DNA from: the human T2T-CHM13v2.0 reference genome, Homo sapiens
Reading direction: 5' to 3' (one strand)
DNA length: 64,000 nt
Assembly (NCBI RefSeq): GCF_009914755.1
Contig: NC_060925.1
The notes under the pieces are model-generated. The model worked only from the letters and a program-made list of their open reading frames with translations, was not told the DNA's origin and did not search any database. The stretch's first letter is position 1. Each line of letters begins with the position of its first letter. This document shows positions 52,108 through 64,000 of this stretch, piece by piece. Both the position numbers and the translations under genes were made by a program.

Positions 52108-52455
52108 ACCACTGGTACCTTTATCAAGGGTATTTTTAGTGAGTGATGGAGCAAGAAGCTTGTACATGGGAACAAGGACATTTGTGAGTGATGGAGATGT
52201 TCATTACCTTTATTATAGTGAGGGTTTCCCAGGTGTATACATATGGCAAAACTCATCAAATAGTACACTTTCAGTATGTGCAGTTCATTGTACATCACTT
52301 TTGCCTCCCTAGAGCTGTCAGAAAAGACGAGTGGGAGGTAAGGACATGGAGACAGTGCAGACGGCCCCTGCCTCTGCAGTGGAGATGAGAAACAGAGAGT
52401 GAGTGGTTGCTGAGGGAGATGAGAAGGCGACAGAGGTGGCATTTGTTTTTGGTTA

Positions 52456-53064
<609 letters not shown>

Positions 53065-53799
53065 CAATGGGAGAAGACAAGGGGTGGCATCTTCTTTCTC
53101 TGTTAAGTAGAAGGTGGTGTCATCTCTAAGAATAACGGCAGAGGGGTACAGGTTTGAGGAGTGGTGAAGTTTTTTAAGATGCCAATGGATAGTGGTTGAT
53201 TACTGAGCAGTGTCCAAGGCCCATTCGAAGTGAGGGTCCTGGAGCTATGGGGAAGCCTCTGGCTGTGGTGGGACTGTCTCAGCAGCATTTGGCTTGCCAG
53301 GGACAGGCACGGGAGGATGCAGAAGGGGGGGAGTTTGCTTGACCAGTGAGATGAAGACACAGGGAAGAGAACTCATAGCATTGAAAAGACCGTTACTGAG
53401 ACACTGCACCTCCACGCTGAGCTGTGATAAGGAAGGACATGAGGAAGAAGAGGGTGATGGGCTGGAAGAAAGTAGAGGGCCAGTGGCTGGAGGGGCCTGT
53501 GTCGTCAGAGAGCACAAGCGGAGGGATTCATGCAGTTGGTGAGTGGGAAGAGGAGAGGCTGTGGGCAGCTGGCGAGGTGTGGGAGTTAGAGTTTTAGAGC
53601 TGGAGTGGTTCTGGCTGTCAGCAGGGTCCACGGTGATGCTGTGGGAGGTGACTGATGACCAATGGGAGAATGAGTGAATCGATTTGTGTGGTCACCTGAG
53701 CCATTTTCTTTCTCCAGTTAGCCCAGCAGCCTGTCTGTTTCTCATCCTTTGGTTTACAGCAACTTTGCCCCCAACTCCACGACTTCCTCAGTCTTCTTG

Positions 53800-54070
53800 T
53801 TTTTTTGAGACAGGGTCTCAGCTGGAGTGCAGTGGTGTGAATATGGCTCACTGCAGCCTCGATCTCCTGGGCTCCAGCGATCCTCCCACCTCAGCCTCCC
53901 AAGCAGCTGGGGCCACAGGCACACAACACTACGCTTGGTTAATTTTCTAATTTTTTGACGGGGTCTCACTTTGTTGTTCAGGCAGTTCCCGAACTCATGG
54001 GCTCAAGCGATCCTCCTGTCTCAGCCTCCTGAAGTGCTGGGATTAGAGGAGTGAACCACCACAGCCAGCC
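53800..54070 (-). mobile_element. AluJ
   Basis: Diverged antisense Alu. Confidence 0.9.
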
Positions 54071-54691
54071 TCTCAGCCTTCTTTCATGTTTTAGCTCAAA
54101 ACGTCCCTTCTACTGAAAAGCTTTTCCTGAATGCCAAGGGGGTACTTGTGCAAACTAAGCCTCCTCTGATGTGGAGACTCTGCCACCGTCAACACCTGCC
54201 ACCACGCCTCTTATTCCACGCTCTCCCCATCTGGGTTTCTGTGTGTCCCATCCCCTTATAATTTTTGTTAGTTTTCTTAAGTGGTGACTTGCATCTGCTG
54301 GGTGCTCATCAGGCGTCCACTCTGTGCCTTCACATACATTTCCCCATTCTGTCCTCACAGTAATTTTATGAGAAAGTGGCACTGTCATACCCTGTCTCAG
54401 ATGAAGAAGTTAAGATTGCAGGAGGGTAAGTGACTTGCTCGGAGTGGTATAACCCGGAGTGGTTTTGCTCATCTTTGCATCGCCAACCCCAGAGCAGAAA
54501 GGGCGATGGGTGAACCACTCAGTCATTCTGTCTGGTTCTCAACTCCTCACCCTGCCTAAGTTCAGCCGCCTGATACACACTGGATCCTCAGCAGTGGGGT
54601 GCACATGGTCCTCACTTCCCCAGAAGCACAGAATCAGGCACAGCAGAGCCCTCTCAGGTGAGCTAGTCCCATTGCCTGGTTCTTGAGACTC

Positions 54692-56013
<1,322 letters not shown>

Positions 56014-56027
56014 GCCCCTCTTCTGTA

Positions 56028-56820
<793 letters not shown>

Positions 56821-57010
56821 CTCATTCTTCGGAGATAGAATTTTTACTCCTGTAAAAGAATGAAGTTTTTATTCTTATGGCTTGATGGATTGTCAAACAC
56901 TCCTCCTACGTCTTCCTTTCTGCTGCTCTGACTTCTTTGTCTTTCCACAGTGACACAGACTCCCTGCTAGAAGACAATGAATGTTGTAAAAAGCAAGAAA
57001 AGGGAAAGAA

Positions 57011-57379
<369 letters not shown>

Positions 57380-58629
57380 CTAACCAAGGACCGGAGGAGA
57401 GGCGAGGTGGTGTGGCTGTTCAGGATCAGAGCACTGGAACCCAGCAGGACCGTGTGCCTATCTCAGTTCCACCATGCCAGAGCCGTGTGACCTGGGGCAG
57501 GTAGCAACGTCTCTGAGCCTCAGTCTCCTCACCCCCTCATCCCTCCACCTCACAGGTGAAGAGTAACTCTGAGACACTGCCCTTAGCAATGTGCCTCCCA
57601 CGAAACACCCTGGAGCATTGATGGTGATGATGAAGGGGTGGAGGGAGGTGGTGGGTCCTACAGTAGAAGGGTGAAGGCATCTCAGCCAGAAGGAGCTGGG
57701 TTCAAGTGCTAGCTCACCCCCTGTCTGGCTGGGTCCCCTTAGACGAGTAACTTTACTTCTCCAAGCCTCTCGCTCCTCATCCGGGAAAATAGAGACGATG
57801 ATACCTTCCTCACAAAGTGGTTGGGAGGATTCACTGAATGGGTGGCATGAAAGTCCCCAGCACGGTGACATCTCCCTCAGCAGATGTTTCTGCTCTGTCC
57901 CTTCACATGTGGCATGAGCTCCTGTGTCTCCCTGTCAACGAGTCATTCGGAAGGAAAGGCTGGTTACTTTGAATAGACGCATAGCTCACTACTGAGGAGA
58001 AGTCCTCACCAAGGACTGTTGGAAAGAAGACCTGTGTGTATTCATGCTCGAGTCCAGACCCCAATCTGAACCCATTTGAAGTGCCTCCCTCCCTCCTGCC
58101 CCTCCTCCCTGTCCTCCTCCTCCTTTTTCTTCTTCACAGTGATGTTGTTCTGGACCCACTGAACTTGCTGCTGGACAGCACTTAGAATGGTGCCCTAATG
58201 CCTGGCACATAGTAGATACTTGAATATTTATTAAGTGAATAAATAAATGCTATAGAATAAAACTCAGTCCTTTTTTTAACTGGTGGAGCTAAGTCATTAT
58301 TTCCTGCATTTGTGAATATTTTAAAATTACAAAATAAATTTATATTGATTCTAGAAAAATAATTAGAAAATACAGTTGATTAAAAAGAAAAAATAACAGT
58401 TCCATGCAATCCCATTGTCCAGCCTTAACCACTGGTGTTAATTTGCTCTACAGGTCCTTCCAGGCATTCTTCTATGCAAATACATTTAAATATTAATCAA
58501 GCATGTTGTTTGGTAACTGGCTTTATTTTTCTTTTCACTTAGTCATATTCTGAATGTCTCTTTATTCATTGAATATTCTTCTAAATCATTTTTAGATTTT
58601 TAATATTTGTATGGTGTCCTATCATATGA

Positions 58630-59743
<1,114 letters not shown>

Positions 59744-60339
59744 AAAATTGGGAAATTTCAACACAGAAGTAGTACGTGACTTGTCAAAGGTCACACAGCT
59801 AGTGAGTTAAGTGGTGGGGCCTGATTAACATCCAGGCAGACAAGGATTCCAAGTCTGTGGGCTTAACCCCTACACTCTACTGTTTCTCAATGCTCAAATG
59901 AACATACCAGCAGCTAAATCTCTGTACATATTTTTAGTTGTTTCTTTGCTATAAGTGCCTAGATGTGAAATGACTGGACCAATGGGTATGCATATTTTAC
60001 AGTTTTTAATGCAAGCTGTTCCAAACTGTGTTGCTGGGTTTTGAATGTGTCAATTCTGACTGTCTCCTACCTTCGTTGGTCATAGCTTCCTGGTCTAGCA
60101 ATCTAGGAATGCGGCAAAATTCTCCAAGCACTCTGAGGGTGTGTCCTCCTGCACCCGGGGCCTGTCTGTTTTCTCCTTGGGGAAGTCTTCATGGTCTCCA
60201 TGTCAGCAGCTCCCTCCTTTAATGCTCATGTCCCCTGCTATGGCCCTGACTGTGCTGGACTGCAGCAGTATGTGTTGAGCTCTGTGAGTTCCTGGAGGTG
60301 GGGCCTTTGACTGAGGCCATTTGTGTACTCATTGCCTAG

Positions 60340-60776
<437 letters not shown>

Positions 60777-61007
60777 CACTAGGCCACTGTTTTATCTCTA
60801 ACACTCCATCTGGTACCTGGCCCATTGTAATATGCACTCAAAAATATAATTTGACGGAGAACACAAATAAGCACTTATTGAATGAAGGAGTGCCTAGAAG
60901 CCTACTTTTATTCTTCCTCTAGTACCTATGTTCCATCATTTTTCTTATTTAAAAAAATTGGAAAATATAAAAAAGTATGAAGAAAAAAACAAAATGCATC
61001 CAATTCA

Positions 61008-61430
<423 letters not shown>

Positions 61431-61509
61431 CAGATGCACATTTTAAAAGCAGAACTGCCATCCTACTGCTAATTCTACTTGGCCTGCTTTTCTCGTTCAA
61501 GACAGCAGG

Positions 61510-61808
61510 AGCTGGATACAGTGGCTCATGCCTGTAATCTCAGCACTTTGGGAGGCCAAGGCAGGAGGATTGTTTAAGACCAGGAGTTCGAGACCAGCCT
61601 GGACAACAAAGCAAGACCCCCCATTTCTACAAAAATATTAAGAAATGTACCAGGTGTGGTGGTGCATGCCTGTAGTCCCAGCTACTCAGGAGGCTGAGGC
61701 AGGAGGATCACTTGAGCCCAGGTGTTCAAGATTATAGTGAGCTGTGATCATACCACTGCATTCCAGCTTGGACTACAGAGTGAGACCCTGTCTCTAAAAC
61801 AACAAAAA
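61510..61808 (+). mobile_element. AluJ
   Basis: Diverged Alu dimer. Confidence 0.9.
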
Positions 61809-61858
61809 CCTCTTTATGGAGTTTTTGAGATTATGTAAGTTAATATATTTAAAATGCT

Positions 61859-62150
61859 GGCTAGGCATGGTGGCTCACACCTCTAATCCCAGCACTTTGG
61901 GAGGCTGAGGTGGGAGGATTCCTTGAGTCCAGGGGTTCGAAACCAACCCGGGCAACAAAGCAAGACCCTGTCTCTATAAAAAAATAAAAAATTAGCCAGG
62001 CGTGGTAGTACGCACCTGTAGTACCAGCCATTCAGGAGGCTGAGGTAGGAAGATTGCTCGAGCCCAGGAGACTGAGGCTGTAATGAACCATGATTATGCC
62101 ACTGAACTGAAGCTTAGGCAACAGGGTGAGACCCTGTCTCAAAGAAAAAA
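61859..62150 (+). mobile_element. AluJ
   Basis: Diverged Alu dimer. Confidence 0.9.
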
Positions 62151-63764
62151 TCCTGAGCACAGAGAATGCCCAAATGTCATACATAATCAGCAAACACAAG
62201 CTAATGTTATTATTATTAAATGTAAGGAAGGTATTTTAAGCCCCAGTTTACAGATGAAGAATCATATAACAAATAGCTATTTATTATATGATTGTGACTT
62301 GTCCATTGACACAAATTTAAGACAGTCTAAACTCTGGCTCCAAAGGAAACTAGAATTTGTTAAGTATCTATAATATAACATGCATTGTATATTGTATATG
62401 TATAGGCATTTTACATGTTTTTGGATAATGTCATCTTTGGCATCATTTAGGGTCTGGTAACATGGCACACAGAATATCCTAAATCATAATATTGCATGAA
62501 TTTTATTATTCTTGTTTAGTGGAAAAAAATTGAGATCCACAGAAGCTAAGAGACTTGCCCACGTTCATACAATTAGCAAACAACAGGGCTGGGACTGGAA
62601 CCTTGGACCATTGTGGTCACCTGTTTCTCGAGCAAGCCTCAGAGAAGTGAAGTGGCTTGTTAAGGTGTTGCCACAGCTTCTACTCTGCTATCCCACCTCT
62701 CCAAACAGTCTTGTGGAATTTTCCAGGATTCTGGGGCTGGAAGCCACCTCTGTGGTCATTAGATGTTTGGCAAAGATGACCAGGACAGCAACATCCTGAC
62801 TGTCAAAAGGTCACACTGAGTACCCAGAAGGCCAAGTAGGTGAAATGCAAGAATCCCAAGCTGGAGCTCAAAGTCTCTCTCTCTGCCTGTCTTCCCCCCA
62901 CCCCGCCCCGCTTCCCTCCCTTCCCTTTCCTTCTTCCTTTAGCCCAACAGGAAGGAGTTGTTGCTGTTTGCTTCAGGAAGCAGCTCATACAAAGAGACAG
63001 TTCCACACCTTACCACGGCCCCTCCTTTCCCCTCCCTTCCACATAGTGAAAGTAGGAGGAATAATGATTAATCAGGACAGTACTTCCTGAGTGTTTATTA
63101 TTATGTGCTAAGGACTTTTCATAGGTTGCTCCCCAAGTGAATCTTCACAACAGCCTTTAAGGTTGGCAGCTACTGTTGTTCCTATTCTACAGAAGAGACT
63201 GAGGTTCAGAATGGATGAGTAGTTTACTTAAAGTCTTACAGAGAAGGGGAACTAAACTGGACTCCAGTCTGTCTGATTAAAGAGCCCTTGATCTTAATCA
63301 TTATCACAGACTGCAAAGTAAATGTTAGTACCAGGGACACCGTGGGCAGAGGGACCTGGAATGATATGGCTTCAGGAGGAGTGTAGTTGGAGGGAAGAAA
63401 GAGTACGGAAGTCACATCTGAGATGTGGTTCTGGGTTGTGTCTTGTCCCTGGTTTCCTGTATGACTTTGGGCAGATTATTTCACCTCTCTGTGCCTTGAG
63501 AGACTTCGTTTGTGCAACAGGGATGAGGCTAAGAGGCCCCACAGCCAACTCTGGGCCATGCGAAGTGTGAGGATGGCAGCAGGAGGAAAATAGGCAGGAG
63601 GGTAGGGGCTCTGAGTACTGAGGGAGCTCTCAGGACCCACCTGGGCCCTGCTGCTAGTTCTATGGCCTTAACTCTCTGTTAAGAGCATTTATCTAAAGGG
63701 AAGGTCATCTCTACCAAAGTTGCAATAAAAACAACTCTGAGGGAAAAAAGTATATATGAAATAT

Positions 63765-64000
63765 TTATTTTTTCTTTTTCTTTTTCAGATGGGGTCTCAC
63801 TCTGTCACCTGGGCTGGAGGGCAGTGGTGCAGTCTTGGCTGACTGCAGCCTTGACCTCCTCAGCTCAAGCAATCCTCCCACCTCAACCTCCTGAGTAGCT
63901 GGGATTACAGGTGCACATCACCACGCCCAGCTATTTTTTGTATTTTTAGTAGAGACAGGGTTTCACCATGTTGGCCAGGCTGGTCTCAAACTCCCAACCT
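63765..64000 (-). mobile_element. AluJ/S, cut by window end
   Basis: Antisense Alu. Confidence 0.9.

Overview
Primate (almost certainly human) euchromatic, repeat-dense, essentially non-coding DNA. About 55-60 Alu/FLAM copies make up roughly a quarter of the window. There are also many MIR/L2/L3 relics, old L1 fragments, ERV1-class (MER34/MER39-group) and MaLR (MLT1/THE1) solo LTRs, and DNA-transposon MITEs. No protein-coding exon can be supported: the ORF track is explained by Alu, L1 and chance frames. Recognisable non-repeat items are two U6 snRNA retropseudogenes, an orphan CpG island (~35.6-36.6 kb) and an old local direct duplication (4.16-6.65 kb vs 23.2-24.9 kb). The most striking structure is a ~2 kb non-repeat retro-insertion (12853-14858, minus strand) inside an old L1. 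It has a perfect 14-15 bp target-site duplication and a poly(A) tail joined directly to a 3' splice-site-like end (polypyrimidine tract...CACAG) with no poly(A) signal, so it may be a retrotransposed excised intron. I could not identify the locus or any gene by name. Repeat subfamily calls are from memory of consensus sequences, and boundaries are approximate (+/-10-30 bp unless a TSD is quoted).
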